From Zymomonas mobilis subsp. mobilis ATCC 10988 (GTDB taxonomy: Bacteria; Pseudomonadota; Alphaproteobacteria; Sphingomonadales; Sphingomonadaceae), in assembly GCF_000175255.2 (NCBI RefSeq), contig NC_017262.1, positions 510,001-542,000 of the forward strand: a stretch of 32,000 bases of DNA, given 5' to 3'. Below the pieces are notes generated by a model. It saw nothing but the letters and a program-made list of their open reading frames with translations. It was not told where the DNA came from and did no database searches. Each line of letters starts with the position of its first letter. Position 1 is the stretch's first letter. Shown here piece after piece: positions 20,563 to 32,000 of this stretch. The position numbers were made by a program, and so were the translations under genes.

Positions 20563-21846
20563 TTAATATTCGCGACGAAACATCTGAAAAAGACGTTTAA
20601 AAGATCCCATAAAAGATTTTTGACTGCCCATTCTATTATTATAAGAGAGCGGTCTAAGATCAAAGGGTTCCGACGCAGCATGAAGAACAAGCCCCGTCAA
20701 AGTCGCAAAAGCCGGGCCACTATGGGCATCTGGAAGCCCAACAAGGCCGTGCGGCCGCCCTATTCTAACCGAACGACCCAAGACACCTTGGGCATAATCG
20801 GCAATACCTTTCAATTCTGCACCCCCTCCTGTTAACACCACCTGACGTCCGACGGGGCCATTATAGCCCAAAGATTTCAGGGCATCGGCGATATGATCCA
20901 TCCAATGATCCAAACGCTTCCGAATAACACCGATCAGCTGCGCCCGACTTATCCGTTGTGGATCAATTACATCCTCGTCATTGGCAATCGGCGCCACATC
21001 TATCATCTCATGATTATCGCGAGGTGAACTCTGCGCCGATCCATAAAAACATTTCAATCTTTCTGCATCCGACCGTCTGGTGCCAAAAGCCGCCGCGATG
21101 TCATCTGTAATATCGGATGCGCCCATCGGGATAGAAGTCAAACCAACCAACAGCCCACCGGCAAAAAGGGATACATTGGTAACGCCTGCCCCTAATTCAA
21201 CCAAGGCCACACCCAATTCCCGCTCTTCTGCAAAGAGGCAAGACATTCCGGCCGCGATCGGCGCAGCAACAATCGCCTGCACTTCCAGATGTGCCGAACG
21301 CACCGCCAATTCCAAATTTCTGACAGGCGAAGGTTCAGCAGCAATCACATGGATATCGACTCCCAAGCGGTCGGCATAAAGACCAATCGGACTTTTAACC
21401 CCCTTTAACCCGTCCAAGGTATAAAGGGCGGGTTGAGCATGAAGCACCATATGCCCATCAGGATCAATCGCATCCCGTCCGGTCGCCAACAGGGTCTCCA
21501 TATGGATTTCTTCGATCCGTTGACCATTCAAGGCTACTTCTGTCGAGCTAAGATCGGATATCAATCCTCCCGCAGAAAAAGACACCCAGACAGATTCAAT
21601 ATTGGTGCCTGCAATCCTTTCGGCCTGTTCAACGGCTTCTCGAACCGCCTTTTCCGTCGATTCCATATCGAAAAGATAGCCCCGTCTGACCCCCAGACTT
21701 TCTCGCTGACCACTTCCCAATACCTGCAAAACATTATCAGCCCTTTTCTCAACAATCAGGGCTGAAATTTTGGAAGAACCGATATCAAGCGCAGTTATCA
21801 GATTGCCTTCTTTTACCGGCGTCATACTATGATGTCGTTCCTTCAT
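20563..21846 (-). CDS. ftsA: Cell division protein FtsA
   Basis: LITALDIGSSKISALIVE...GQRESLGVRRGYLFDMESTEKAVREAVEQAERIAG...VALVELGAGVTNVSLFAGG...VVLTGGGAELKGI...GRPHGLVG. The start overlaps the ftsQ stop (ATGA). Confidence 0.97.
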   Translation of the reverse strand: MKERHHSMTPVKEGNLITALDIGSSKISALIVEKRADNVLQVLGSGQRESLGVRRGYLFDMESTEKAVREAVEQAERIAGTNIESVWVSFSAGGLISDLSSTEVALNGQRIEEIHMETLLATGRDAIDPDGHMVLHAQPALYTLDGLKGVKSPIGLYADRLGVDIHVIAAEPSPVRNLELAVRSAHLEVQAIVAAPIAAGMSCLFAEERELGVALVELGAGVTNVSLFAGGLLVGLTSIPMGASDITDDIAAAFGTRRSDAERLKCFYGSAQSSPRDNHEMIDVAPIANDEDVIDPQRISRAQLIGVIRKRLDHWMDHIADALKSLGYNGPVGRQVVLTGGGAELKGIADYAQGVLGRSVRIGRPHGLVGLPDAHSGPAFATLTGLVLHAASEPFDLRPLSYNNRMGSQKSFMGSFKRLFQMFRREY

Positions 21847-22850
21847 ATTCGATCACTTACCAAAGGATCAGCTGCCTTTGCAGGCTTTGTCGCTTTCTTA
21901 ACGGGTTCCGGTGAAATTCTGGCTGTAATAGGTGCCCCCGGAACACGCATATCGAATTTGACATAGCCCCTTTCTAACAAGTGATGCTCGCGATTAATAT
22001 GAGAGAAACGCACCAAAGCCGCTTCGGCTTCATTCCCTTCTGGTAAAGATAAAGTTTCACCAGAAGCAAAATGCAAATCCCACCGCCGATTCCCGATCCA
22101 GCTTGCTGCATCAATCATCGGTTTCAAAGAGGGGGCTGCTTCCAAAAGATGCCCCAAATCTTCAAGATGCAGATTGGCACCCGCCCCAATAACCAAGGGC
22201 AGATCAGGCGAAGCATGCGGGTCAACATCCGAAATAATAATGCCGTTATTATCGACCAGTCTCAAATGACCATGATATTGCCAAACCGCCGCCGGATTTC
22301 GCTCGACAATATCAACGACCAAAGTATCCGGCCAACGGCGGGAAACACGCGCATCCTCAATCCAGCCAAAACGTAACAAGCGATCCCGAATAGCATTAAG
22401 ATCAACCAAAGGCATCGCCAGATTTTGCTGGGTAGAGGCGATGTCATAGATCGCCTGCCGATCCATATGATGCAAACCAACGATTTCGACATGACGGACA
22501 GAAAAGCCCTGCCGTCCCAGATATTCACCTGTTTTGGTCGCCAATAATTGTGGCCAACGCGCAGCCCAAAGACCGGCCAAAAATCCGACAATAACAAGAA
22601 TAAGCAAAAGACGCTTTGCCATCTGTTTTAATAACGGATGGGAAAGAAAACCCAGCCATTTAGGCAGAGCTATCGTCTCATTACTCTTGATAGGCCGTTT
22701 GGGGCGACGAATTGTCGCACCCGTTTGGCGGGCATGCCGCCTTGGAGAACGCCTAGCCGGAGCCGATTTTGTTCTGCGTGCTGCTTTAGCCACCCTGTCC
22801 TGCCATTTTGGTTTCTTGTAATGTGTCTTCCGCCAAGGCTTCCTCAACAA
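21843..22850 (-). CDS. ftsQ: Cell division protein FtsQ
   Basis: Basic cytoplasmic N-terminus, one TM helix (RLLLILVIVGFLAGLWAA) and a POTRA-like FSVRHVEIVGLHHMDRQAIYDIA...LRFGWIEDARVSRRWPDTLVVDIVERNPAAVWQ. It sits between ddl and ftsA. Confidence 0.95.
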   Translation of the reverse strand: MLRKPWRKTHYKKPKWQDRVAKAARRTKSAPARRSPRRHARQTGATIRRPKRPIKSNETIALPKWLGFLSHPLLKQMAKRLLLILVIVGFLAGLWAARWPQLLATKTGEYLGRQGFSVRHVEIVGLHHMDRQAIYDIASTQQNLAMPLVDLNAIRDRLLRFGWIEDARVSRRWPDTLVVDIVERNPAAVWQYHGHLRLVDNNGIIISDVDPHASPDLPLVIGAGANLHLEDLGHLLEAAPSLKPMIDAASWIGNRRWDLHFASGETLSLPEGNEAEAALVRFSHINREHHLLERGYVKFDMRVPGAPITARISPEPVKKATKPAKAADPLVSDRI

Positions 22851-23751
22851 TCATCCGGCACAAGGCGACATAGTCGATACCCAGCTGTTTTGCCTGTTCA
22901 GGAACCAAACTTAAAGGTGTCATACCCGGCTGGGTATTCACCTCTAACAGAAACAAACCATCCAATCCGGCTTCATCATCCCAACGAAAATCGGAACGCG
23001 ACGGGCCCCGACATCCCAAAAGTTGATGCGCTTTCAAGGAAAGAGCCATCGCCTTTTCAGCAATCTCTGCCGGAATTTTTGCAGGACAGATATGGGTCGT
23101 CATGCCATCAGTATATTTGGCTTTATAATCGTAAAAGCCGTTATTCGGGCATAATTCGGTAACAGCCAAGGCTTTGTCACCCATCACCGCCACGGTTAAT
23201 TCCCGCCCTTTAATAAAAGGTTCGGCAAGAAGGGTTTTAAAATTTTTCCACGGATCAATCTGGTCTTTCCGAATAGGCTGACCGTCATTAAAAGATTCAT
23301 CAATGATCGCAACGCCGACAGAAGAGCCTTCATTGACCGGTTTCAAGACATAAGGTCGTGGCAACGGGTCTTTTGTATAAAGGCTTTCGCGCTCAACCAA
23401 ACAGCCCTGCGGCATCGGAATATTCTCAGGGGTCAGAATCTTTTTGGTCAATTCTTTATCAATGGCAATGGCCGAAGCCGTCAAACCCGAATGGGTATAA
23501 CGGATAGCCATTAAATCCATCAGACCTTGAATACTGCCATCTTCACCCGGCGTGCCATGCAAAGCATTAAAAACCACATCCGGCTTAGCTTCACGAAGCT
23601 TGAACGCAATATCCCGATCCATATCGAGCAGCGTCACGCGATATCCAGCCTCTTCCAAAGCCTTGCCGACATGGCGGCCTGACAGAAGCGAAATTTCACG
23701 TTCCGAAGACCATCCGCCCATCAAAACGACAACATGCTTTTTGTCGCTCAT
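22786..23751 (-). CDS. ddl: D-alanine--D-alanine ligase
   Basis: [20 protein letters not shown]...[40 protein letters not shown]...[27 protein letters not shown]. Confidence 0.97.
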   Translation of the reverse strand: MSDKKHVVVLMGGWSSEREISLLSGRHVGKALEEAGYRVTLLDMDRDIAFKLREAKPDVVFNALHGTPGEDGSIQGLMDLMAIRYTHSGLTASAIAIDKELTKKILTPENIPMPQGCLVERESLYTKDPLPRPYVLKPVNEGSSVGVAIIDESFNDGQPIRKDQIDPWKNFKTLLAEPFIKGRELTVAVMGDKALAVTELCPNNGFYDYKAKYTDGMTTHICPAKIPAEIAEKAMALSLKAHQLLGCRGPSRSDFRWDDEAGLDGLFLLEVNTQPGMTPLSLVPEQAKQLGIDYVALCRMIVEEALAEDTLQETKMAGQGG

Positions 23752-24680
23752 GCCTTATCCCCATCGAGTTTATGGCCGATGCGTTTTATTTCCCATTCAA
23801 GGGTAATACCGAATTTCGCTTTAACGCGCGCCCGCACTTCTTCGCCAAGATTTTCAATATCAGCCGCGGTAGCATCACCCAAATTCAACAGAAAATTGGC
23901 ATGTTTGGTAGAAACTTCGGCATCACCGATTTTCAAACCACGACAACCAGCTTCATCAATAAGCTCCCAGGCTTTATAGCCTTCAGGATTTTTAAAGGTC
24001 GATCCCCCCGTCCGGCTGCGAACCGGCTGACTGGCTTCACGCTCGGCGATAATTTTATTCATCTGAGCTTCGATCTTGTCTTTATCGCCGGGTTGCCCTT
24101 GGAAAAGCGCTTCGGTCACAATCGCATCTTCTGGCAATTCAGAATAGCGATAGGCAAAATTCAATTTTTCAACTGGCCAGATTTCAATATCACCATTCCG
24201 ACGAACCAGCGTAACCTGAATCAGAATCTTGGAAATATCACCGCCATAGGCACCCGCATTCATGCGGATCATACCACCGATGGATCCCGGAATACCGCGC
24301 ATAAATTCTAAATTGGTCAAAGATTCAGCAGCAGCAACCTTTGAAATCATCATGCCGAGGGTCGATCCACCACAACGCAGGCGGTTCCCCTCTTCTCTTT
24401 TGACCCATGAAAAACGACGCGGCAAACGGATGATAACGCCGGAAACACCGCCGTCACGAATAATCACATTGGAACCAATCCCCAGCACCCTAACTGGCAT
24501 AGACTGGTCAATTTTCTTCAGAAAATCCGACAAATCTTCGGTATCATAGGGGCTAACCAACCATTCGGCATTACCGCCGACCCGAAACCATGTCAGGGGT
24601 GCCAAAGGCGCATTGGCTTCTATTTCACCGCGAATAGACGGCAATTTACTTGAGATATTGGAAGATGTAGCAGTTGTCAT
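23748..24680 (-). CDS. murB: UDP-N-acetylenolpyruvoylglucosamine reductase
   Basis: [19 protein letters not shown]...[24 protein letters not shown]...[19 protein letters not shown]...[20 protein letters not shown]. The start at 24680 forms an ATGA overlap with the murC stop. Confidence 0.97.
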   Translation of the reverse strand: MTTATSSNISSKLPSIRGEIEANAPLAPLTWFRVGGNAEWLVSPYDTEDLSDFLKKIDQSMPVRVLGIGSNVIIRDGGVSGVIIRLPRRFSWVKREEGNRLRCGGSTLGMMISKVAAAESLTNLEFMRGIPGSIGGMIRMNAGAYGGDISKILIQVTLVRRNGDIEIWPVEKLNFAYRYSELPEDAIVTEALFQGQPGDKDKIEAQMNKIIAEREASQPVRSRTGGSTFKNPEGYKAWELIDEAGCRGLKIGDAEVSTKHANFLLNLGDATAADIENLGEEVRARVKAKFGITLEWEIKRIGHKLDGDKA

Positions 24681-26107
24681 AAGTGATGAACCTCTCTGAT
24701 TGAGGTAATATCCGCCGCAAGACCTGCGGCCCATTTCGTAATATCGCCCGCGCCAAGGCAAATAATGATGTCATCGGCCTTGATAATATCAGCAAGCGCA
24801 ATCGCCAAAGAACGAGGAGAATCCACAGCTTGAGCAGAACGATGGCCATGCTGTTTCAATCCCGAAACCAAGGCTTGAGAATCCACGCCCGCTATTGGCT
24901 GTTCACCAGCAGCATAGACCGGTGCGACAAACACCATATCAGCATCGTTAAAAGCGCTTTGGAATTCTGTCATCAAATCATGCAAACGCGAAAAACGATG
25001 CGGCTGAACCACAGCAATGACGCGTTGTTGCGCGCTTTCTCTGGCGGCTGATAAGACAGCCTTAATCTCAACCGGATGATGACCATAGTCATCAATAACC
25101 AGAACCGAGCCATCACCAATCTTAATCTCGCCAACCCGAGAGAAGCGACGTTTCACCCCTCCAAAACGTGCAAAACCGTCACGGATAGCGGCATCAGGAA
25201 TGGAAAATTCTAAAGCCACCCCGATAGCCGACAGTGCATTTTGGATATTATGCCGTCCGGGCATCGGTAAAAAGATATTTTCAATCCGACGGATATCTCC
25301 ATCACGGCTACGAATGACCGCTGTAAAGCGGTTACCACCAGAGATAGGTGTGATATCAACCGCCCGAATATCGGCCTGAGCCGAAAAACCATAGGTAATC
25401 AGCCGTCTATCCCGAATACGAGGGAGGATAGATTGAACCACAGGATGATCAATGCACAGGAAAGCAGCACCATAGAAAGGCACATTGGATACAAATTCGA
25501 CAAAAGCATCCTGCACTTTTTCAAAGGAACCGTAATGATCCAGATGTTCAGGATCAATATTGGTCACAATGGCCAAGGTGCCATCCAAGCGTAAAAAGCT
25601 GCCGTCGCTTTCATCGGCTTCGACAACCATCCAATCAGAGTCACCTAAACGCGCATTGGAACCATAACTGTTAATGATGCCACCATTGATAACCGTCGGG
25701 TCAATACCACCCGCATCCAACAAGGCCGCAACCATCGAAGTCGTGGTAGTTTTCCCATGGGTGCCAGCAACAGCAACGGTGGACTTTAACCGCATCAATT
25801 CAGCCAGCATCTCTGCGCGACGCACAACCGGAATACGATTTTCAAGGGCAGCTTCGACTTCAGGATTACCACGATGAATAGCACTGGAAACAACCACCAC
25901 CGCCGCATCTTTGACATTTTCGGCATGATGCCCGATCAGAACCTTAATTCCCATCTGGCGCAAAGCATCGACAGTATAGCCTTCTGAAATATCAGAACCC
26001 TGAACCTGATAGCCGAGATTATGCATCACTTCGGCGATACCGGACATTCCGATACCCCCTATCCCGACAAAGTGAATTCGGCCGATATCCGTGCCGACAC
26101 CCTTCAT
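24677..26107 (-). CDS. murC: UDP-N-acetylmuramate--L-alanine ligase
   Basis: [31 protein letters not shown]...[33 protein letters not shown]...[10 protein letters not shown]...[11 protein letters not shown]. Confidence 0.98.
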   Translation of the reverse strand: MKGVGTDIGRIHFVGIGGIGMSGIAEVMHNLGYQVQGSDISEGYTVDALRQMGIKVLIGHHAENVKDAAVVVVSSAIHRGNPEVEAALENRIPVVRRAEMLAELMRLKSTVAVAGTHGKTTTTSMVAALLDAGGIDPTVINGGIINSYGSNARLGDSDWMVVEADESDGSFLRLDGTLAIVTNIDPEHLDHYGSFEKVQDAFVEFVSNVPFYGAAFLCIDHPVVQSILPRIRDRRLITYGFSAQADIRAVDITPISGGNRFTAVIRSRDGDIRRIENIFLPMPGRHNIQNALSAIGVALEFSIPDAAIRDGFARFGGVKRRFSRVGEIKIGDGSVLVIDDYGHHPVEIKAVLSAARESAQQRVIAVVQPHRFSRLHDLMTEFQSAFNDADMVFVAPVYAAGEQPIAGVDSQALVSGLKQHGHRSAQAVDSPRSLAIALADIIKADDIIICLGAGDITKWAAGLAADITSIREVHHL

Positions 26108-27279
26108 GCAACCGCTCCTTCTTGATTTTTTTCGAAAGTTGAATCTTCTTCTATAGAATTCTGTTGAGGCAGATCGCCTCCGACCCGCTCAACCAAATCA
26201 GCCAATTTTTCAACCGCATCGGGATAACCAACCTGCCTTGCTCTGGCAGCGGCATTTTTCAAAGCAGAAGGCTCCAAAGCCATTTTTTGAATCTGTTTTG
26301 CCAGTTCAAAAGGATTAAAGCGTCGTTGATCAATCAAACGCGCGCCACCGGCAGAAACAAGCTCACGGGCATTGGCATATTGATGATTATCCATCGCCGC
26401 AGGATAAGGAATAAGAATAGCAGGCCGTCCGGCAACGCCTAATTCGGCAATGGTCGAAGCGCCTGCACGGGAAATAACCAAATGAGACCAACCAAGACGC
26501 TGCGGTAAATCCGCCATATAGGTCGAAATATCAGCAGGGATACCAAGCTTAGCATATTGAGCGCGAGTCTTTTCCAAATCTTCCGGTCGGCATTGCTGCG
26601 TCACTTGAAGCCGCCGCCGCAGATGAAGCGGCAATAACCCCAAACCTTCCGGTACGACTTCTGACAAAATGCTGGCACCTTGGCTACCACCGACCACCAA
26701 TATCCGAAAAATGCTGTTGTCACTTAACGGCGGATAAGGCAGGTCACGCAGAAACAAGACTTCATCCCGCACCGGATTACCTGTTACTTCAGTCTTACGA
26801 CGATACCGTTTTTTCAGCCGATCAACCTGATGATAAGCGGTAGCAATGGCATCCACTCTTCCAGCCAGAAAACGGTTCGTCCGTCCCATCACCGCATTTT
26901 GCTCGTGAATAACCGTCGGGATTTTCGCTTTAAAAGCCGCCAATAGCGCTGGTAACGCCGGATAACCACCAAAACCGACAACCGCCGCCGGTGTAAAATT
27001 TTCATAAAGCGTCAAGGCGCGTTCCCGCCCTGCCCAAATATTCCGCATCGCCTGAAACAGGCCTTTTACCCCGCCCGTCAAACGACCAGCAGGAAGCTGA
27101 TGTATCTGGACATCTTTAAATAATTCGGGGAAACGCGTTCCTCTTTCATCGGTCACCAAAGCCACATGATGACCCCGCCGCATTAACTCAACAGCCAATG
27201 CGTGGGCTGGAATCATATGGCCACCGGTGCCACCAGCGGCGAGAATATATTGTCGGCTGCCATTCATTTTTGCTGCCAC
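26104..27279 (-). CDS. murG: UDP-GlcNAc--lipid II GlcNAc transferase
   Basis: [34 protein letters not shown]...[16 protein letters not shown]...[16 protein letters not shown]...[37 protein letters not shown]. Confidence 0.98.
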   Translation of the reverse strand: MAAKMNGSRQYILAAGGTGGHMIPAHALAVELMRRGHHVALVTDERGTRFPELFKDVQIHQLPAGRLTGGVKGLFQAMRNIWAGRERALTLYENFTPAAVVGFGGYPALPALLAAFKAKIPTVIHEQNAVMGRTNRFLAGRVDAIATAYHQVDRLKKRYRRKTEVTGNPVRDEVLFLRDLPYPPLSDNSIFRILVVGGSQGASILSEVVPEGLGLLPLHLRRRLQVTQQCRPEDLEKTRAQYAKLGIPADISTYMADLPQRLGWSHLVISRAGASTIAELGVAGRPAILIPYPAAMDNHQYANARELVSAGGARLIDQRRFNPFELAKQIQKMALEPSALKNAAARARQVGYPDAVEKLADLVERVGGDLPQQNSIEEDSTFEKNQEGAVA

Positions 27280-28499
27280 TTCGGAAGATAGGTTGATCGG
27301 GCAAGATAAGGATTGCGGCGGGTGAAAGCCAGCAACAATCCGAAACCGATAGACATAGCGACAAGAGACGACCCGCCATAACTGATAAAGGGCAAGGTCA
27401 TTCCCTTTGAAGGCAAAAGCTGCACATTCACCGCCATGTTAATTAAAGCCTGCAACCCGAATTGGGTCGCAAGACCTGCCGAGGCCAATAACAGAAAGCC
27501 GTTATCCTCGCCAAGCAGGCGTCTAAAAACCCTTATAACAATAGTGCCATAGATAAGGGCAATGATAATACAGGCCAAAAGGCCAAATTCTTCACCGATA
27601 ACGGAGAAAATATAGTCATTATGGGCTTCAGGTAAGCGAAATTTCTCAATCCCGCTACCAGGACCCACACCGACAAAGCCGCCATTAGTCAAAGTCGCCA
27701 TTGCGCGGTCAACATGATAATGGTCGCCGGTGCCGTTCAAAAAGGCATCAATCCGCGTATGGGCAACAGAATAAAATTCATAGGCCGCGACAACACCTAA
27801 AGCCCCCGCCACACCAAGGCCGACCATCAAGAAAACCGGAATACCTGATAAAAGCAACAAGACCAGCCAGACTCCTGTAAAGATAACTGTCTGGCCGAAA
27901 TCAGGCTGTTTCATCAACAACACACCAATAATCGCCACAAAAAACATTGAGATCGGGATTACCGGTAAATTTTTATCTTTGAAGCGGAAAGAAAGCATCC
28001 AAGCCATCGTAACGACAAAAAAAGGCTTCAAAAATTCCGAAGGCTGGATTTTAAACATCCCGAAACCAAGCCATCGTCTGGCACCATTCACTTCCACACC
28101 TAAAAAAGGCACAAGGAGTAAAAGGAAAAAACACACTGCCGCCCCTAAAATACAGGCACGACGGGCAAGGTCTTTCGGTGCCATGGATACCCCGATCATG
28201 ACGGGGATACCGATAAGGCACCAGAAAATCTGGCGGGTAAAATAATAAAAGGCGGGCTTTCCTTCTTGAGCCGAAATCGCAGGGGATGCCGCGGCAACAG
28301 CAATCACGCCGATTGCAATCAAAAGCGAAATCAGAAAAAGCTGAAAGCGGTCAATTTCCCAAAACCATCGCCCCAAAGCCGAGCGGTCAGCTCGCCCCAG
28401 TCTCTGATTTTTGTTATCTTTCCGCGTTTTTCTTTTCCGGTTTTCGATCACAGAAGCGCTATCGACTTTATCAGATCCGGAATGGTGCATAGCGCCCAT
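27264..28499 (-). CDS. ftsW: Lipid II polymerase FtsW (SEDS family)
   Basis: [12 protein letters not shown]...[27 protein letters not shown]...[35 protein letters not shown]...[45 protein letters not shown]. Confidence 0.98.
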   Translation of the reverse strand: [411 protein letters not shown]

Positions 28500-29824
28500 T
28501 AATCAAGCGCCTCCACTATTTTTCTAAAGGCCTGTCCCCTCGCCTCATAATCGCTAAACTGGTCAAAAGAAGCACAAGCCGGAGTCAACATAACGACTTC
28601 ATCAGGCTGGGCTTCTTCCGCTGCCAAACGCACTGCTTTTTCAAGGGTGCCACATTCCACGACGTTCACCCCCGCTTCACGCAATAATTGCGCGTAATCA
28701 GGGCCCGCCTGACCAATCGTGTAGGCCTGACGGATATGATTATAGAAGGCTTTGCAAGGATCAAGGTCAGCTGTTTTCGGCACTCCTCCTAATATCCAGT
28801 GGATAGCCGGAAAAGCCGCCAAAGCAGGGGCTGTTGCCATGGCATTGGTCGCTTTGGAATCGTCAATAAACAAAACACCCCGCCGCTCACCGATTTTTTG
28901 CATCCGATGAGGCAACCCCGCGTAACTAACCAAGGCTTTTGAAATAACATCATCCGAGATACCCAGAATATGGGCAACGGCCATCGCTAAAACGGCATTT
29001 TGAGCATTATGAGGGCCCTGCAAATTCGGCCAATTTATTTGATCTTCTGCCGAAATATTATCAGCATGCACCGTGACCAAATGGGCAGCCGACTGCTTGG
29101 CAATTACCTGACTAGGGATATCATCCGTTGCAATAACGGCATAATGTGGCGATGATTGCAGTAAAAATAGTCGTTCTTTCGCTTTGCGATAACCTTCAAA
29201 ACCGCCATGCCGATCGAGATGGTCCGGCGTAATATTGGTCAAAACCGCAATATCGCAATCAAGGGTAAAGGTCAGATCAATCTGATAGCTGGATAATTCC
29301 AACACATAGACCCCACCATCGGGCAAAGGATCTGCTGCTAATAAAGGCAAACCAATATTACCACCCATCAAGGTCGGGAGACCCGCCTCTTTCAAAATAT
29401 GATGGATCAGCGCGGTTGTCGTCGATTTACCATTTGTTCCAGTGATGCCGACAACGGGGCAACGCCGTCCATGTCTTTCCCAAAATCCATGGGCTTGGGC
29501 AAATAACTCGATATCGCCAATAATCGGGATACCGCGTTCTTTCGCCAAAGCGGCAATCGGATGACGATTGATTGGGATACCGGGAGATACGACAAAGGCC
29601 GATATGCCAAAAATATCAGCAATCATCGGGTCGGCAATAACCAGCCGTCCTTTATCAATCGCTTCTTGATATTGCTGTTGCAGTCGATCGCGGGTTTCAG
29701 GATTATTATCCCAAGCCATCACCTTGGCATCTGATGCCAAAAGGGCAGCTACAGTGGCCATGCCTGATCGGGCAAGGCCTAAAACCGCATAAAACTGACC
29801 GGAAAAAACGGGGCTAGTAATCAT
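28499..29824 (-). CDS. murD: UDP-N-acetylmuramoylalanine--D-glutamate ligase
   Basis: [30 protein letters not shown]...[21 protein letters not shown]...[17 protein letters not shown]...INDSKATN-like [13 protein letters not shown]...[11 protein letters not shown]. The start at 29824 overlaps the mraY stop. Confidence 0.97.
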
Positions 29825-30891
29825 CTTAACTTCAACGTTGCTAGACCAAGCAAAGCCAGAGCAAAACTGATAATCCAGAAACGGATCACCACGGTCGGCT
29901 CTGACCAACCCAGTTGTTCAAAATGATGGTGAAGCGGTGCCATACGGAATACGCGCCGCTTAAAACGTTTGTAGAAACCGACCTGAATAATCACCGACAA
30001 GGCTTCTGCGACGAAAAGGCCACCAACAATGCCCAAAACGATTTCATGATGGGTCGCAACCGCAATCGTGCCAAGGCATCCCCCCAAAGCAAGGCTCCCC
30101 GTATCACCCATAAAGATGGCCGCAGGCGGTGCATTAAACCACAGAAAAGCAAAACCCGCCCCGATAATCGCCCCTGTCAAAATCGTTAACTCTCCGGCAC
30201 CGGGGACATGAGGAATACCGAGATAATGTGCAAAAACGGCATTACCAACGACATAACTGATAACGAAAAAGGCAAGACTGGCAATAATCACCGGCATCGT
30301 TGCCAGACCATCAAGCCCATCGGTCAGATTGACAGAATTGGCAGTGCCAACAATCACAAAAGCTGCAAAGGGATAATAAAACCAACCAAGGTCAATCACA
30401 GGGCCATTATAAAAAGGCAAATAGAGTTGGGTATTGCCGTCTTTCAAAATCAGATAACAGGCAAAAAAGGCAATCCCAAATTCCCATAACAGCCGGACTT
30501 TACCGGAAACACCCCGCGTTGAATTTTGGGTTACTTTGTCATAATCGTCGATAAATCCGATCACACCAAAGCCTAACATCACTGCGATACAAGCCCAAAC
30601 ATAGGGATTGGTAAAATCCATCCATAGAAAAAGCGAGATAGAGACCGCGATCAAAATCATCAGCCCCCCCATCGTCGGGGTGCCAGCCTTTGCTAGATGC
30701 GTTTTCGGGCCATCATCACGGATAGGTTGCCCTTTATGCTGGTGAATACGCATCCAGCCAATAAAACGCGGGCCAAAAATCAAACCGATTAACAAGGCGG
30801 TGATAGCCGCCGCCCCTGTTCTGAAAGTAATATAACGGATCAGATTAAATAATCGGGAAAAGCCTTCCGCCGAGGCAATCAGATAGAACAT
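29821..30891 (-). CDS. mraY: Phospho-MurNAc-pentapeptide translocase
   Basis: [16 protein letters not shown]...[16 protein letters not shown]...[21 protein letters not shown]...[23 protein letters not shown]...[24 protein letters not shown]. Confidence 0.99.
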   Translation of the reverse strand: MFYLIASAEGFSRLFNLIRYITFRTGAAAITALLIGLIFGPRFIGWMRIHQHKGQPIRDDGPKTHLAKAGTPTMGGLMILIAVSISLFLWMDFTNPYVWACIAVMLGFGVIGFIDDYDKVTQNSTRGVSGKVRLLWEFGIAFFACYLILKDGNTQLYLPFYNGPVIDLGWFYYPFAAFVIVGTANSVNLTDGLDGLATMPVIIASLAFFVISYVVGNAVFAHYLGIPHVPGAGELTILTGAIIGAGFAFLWFNAPPAAIFMGDTGSLALGGCLGTIAVATHHEIVLGIVGGLFVAEALSVIIQVGFYKRFKRRVFRMAPLHHHFEQLGWSEPTVVIRFWIISFALALLGLATLKLR

Positions 30892-32000
30892 GCACAGCCC
30901 TTTTTCGAAAGAGACGAAACCACCGTGGATAATCCCAGACTATTCGACCCTTTAACCAACAAAATATCATCGGCTTTCAATATCTCATCCAAAAGCGCTT
31001 CTGCCTGATCGGCCTTTTCTATTCGATCACACGCGATTTTACCGGCAAGGCTTTCTTCCAAAGCAGCCATTTCCTGACCGACCAATAAAACGTGATCTAC
31101 TTTTGCATGGGATAAGGGGTCTGCCAATGCCCGATGATAAGCGGCAGAATTTTGACCTAATTCCAGCATATCGCCTAATAAAACGATACGTCTTTTGTCT
31201 TTTGGCTCATTTTCTAAAGCCTTGATCGTTGCCGCCATTGATGCTGGATTGGCGTTATAGCTTTCGTCAATAACAATAGCGCTTCCATCTCCAACAGGGA
31301 TATCAAAACGCTGTCCCCTACCTTGGAAACCGGTAATATCACCCAAGGCCAAACTAGCTAAGGTTAAATCACCGCCAACCGCATCCACCACCGCCAAAAC
31401 AGCCATCGCATTTGAAATCCAATACTCGGCAGCCATCGCCATAGAAAAGACAAGTTGGCGATCACGAATAGAGGCGGTTACAAGCACACGCCCATCTGCC
31501 TCACGAACGATATTCTGGGCGCGAATGGTTGCCCCTTCGCCAAAACCAAAACTACGAATTTCAGCCTTTTTCTCTTGGACTTTAGCTGTCAATAAATCGC
31601 GATAAGGGGAATCATGAGGGATAATAGCGATCCCGCCCGATAATAGACCTTCAAATATTTCGCTTTTCGCTTCGGCAATAGCGGTCTCATCTGCAAAAAA
31701 AGCAGCATGTGCCGGTGCAATCGCCGTTATCAAGGCAACATCAGGCTGAACAAGCTTGGTCAGATCAGATAATTCCCCCGCATGATTCATACCCATTTCA
31801 AAAATACCGAAAAGACTTTCTTCCGGCATACGGGCGAGGCTCAAAGGAACACCGACATGATTATTATAGCTTTTTAGCGAATAATGGACTTTCTCCGGTG
31901 CCATTCTTTCCAAGGCAAGACGCAAGGATTCTTTGGTGCTGGTTTTCCCGACTGATCCGGTGATGCCGATAATTTTACCATGGTTGCGTTTTCTGGATGC
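30879..32000 (-). CDS. murF: UDP-MurNAc-tripeptide--D-Ala-D-Ala ligase, C-terminal part (gene runs off the right edge)
   Basis: The open frame extends past the ORF-track start (31925) to the edge: ...[54 protein letters not shown]...[32 protein letters not shown]...[13 protein letters not shown]. Confidence 0.97.
   Translation of the reverse strand, partial: ASRKRNHGKIIGITGSVGKTSTKESLRLALERMAPEKVHYSLKSYNNHVGVPLSLARMPEESLFGIFEMGMNHAGELSDLTKLVQPDVALITAIAPAHAAFFADETAIAEAKSEIFEGLLSGGIAIIPHDSPYRDLLTAKVQEKKAEIRSFGFGEGATIRAQNIVREADGRVLVTASIRDRQLVFSMAMAAEYWISNAMAVLAVVDAVGGDLTLASLALGDITGFQGRGQRFDIPVGDGSAIVIDESYNANPASMAATIKALENEPKDKRRIVLLGDMLELGQNSAAYHRALADPLSHAKVDHVLLVGQEMAALEESLAGKIACDRIEKADQAEALLDEILKADDILLVKGSNSLGLSTVVSSLSKKGCACSI

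Noticed and set aside
22638-23162. 174 aa plus-strand ORF antisense to the ftsQ/ddl junction
   Set aside because: No domain signal; explained by the codon bias of the two minus-strand genes.
23772-24311. 179 aa plus-strand ORF antisense to murB
   Set aside because: Antisense shadow ORF; murB on the minus strand is unambiguous.
1-32000. CRISPR arrays, tRNA/rRNA genes, prophage, defence islands or retron-like modules
   Set aside because: I looked for regularly spaced repeats, tRNA-like cloverleaf sequence, phage-type genes and reverse transcriptase motifs and saw none. A tRNAscan, CRISPR finder and Infernal/Rfam run would be needed to exclude small elements formally.

Overview
This window looks like an alphaproteobacterial chromosome segment. 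Gene order and protein style suggest a sphingomonad relative such as Zymomonas, but this is inference and no search was run. Most of it is core housekeeping DNA. The right half (~18.9-32.0 kb, all minus strand) is a tightly packed dcw division/peptidoglycan cluster in transcription order murF(partial)-mraY-murD-ftsW-murG-murC-murB-ddl-ftsQ-ftsA-ftsZ. It is followed by a TPR/SPOR protein, a ClC-type channel/transporter, a dGTPase-like HD hydrolase, argS, a second SPOR protein and alaS. The left part holds a truncated sigma-54 AAA+ activator, an OprB-like porin with an unusual low-complexity N-terminal region, and a YbaL/Kef-type CPA2 antiporter. The best non-routine observation is a ~849 bp IS5-family (IS427-like) element at 1375-2223. 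It has 17 bp terminal inverted repeats and a two-ORF transposase joined by a -1 frameshift. It is inserted in frame into a GT22-like glycosyltransferase gene, whose 33-codon 5' end is still readable on the other side of the element. I found no convincing evidence for a new defence or other exotic system.
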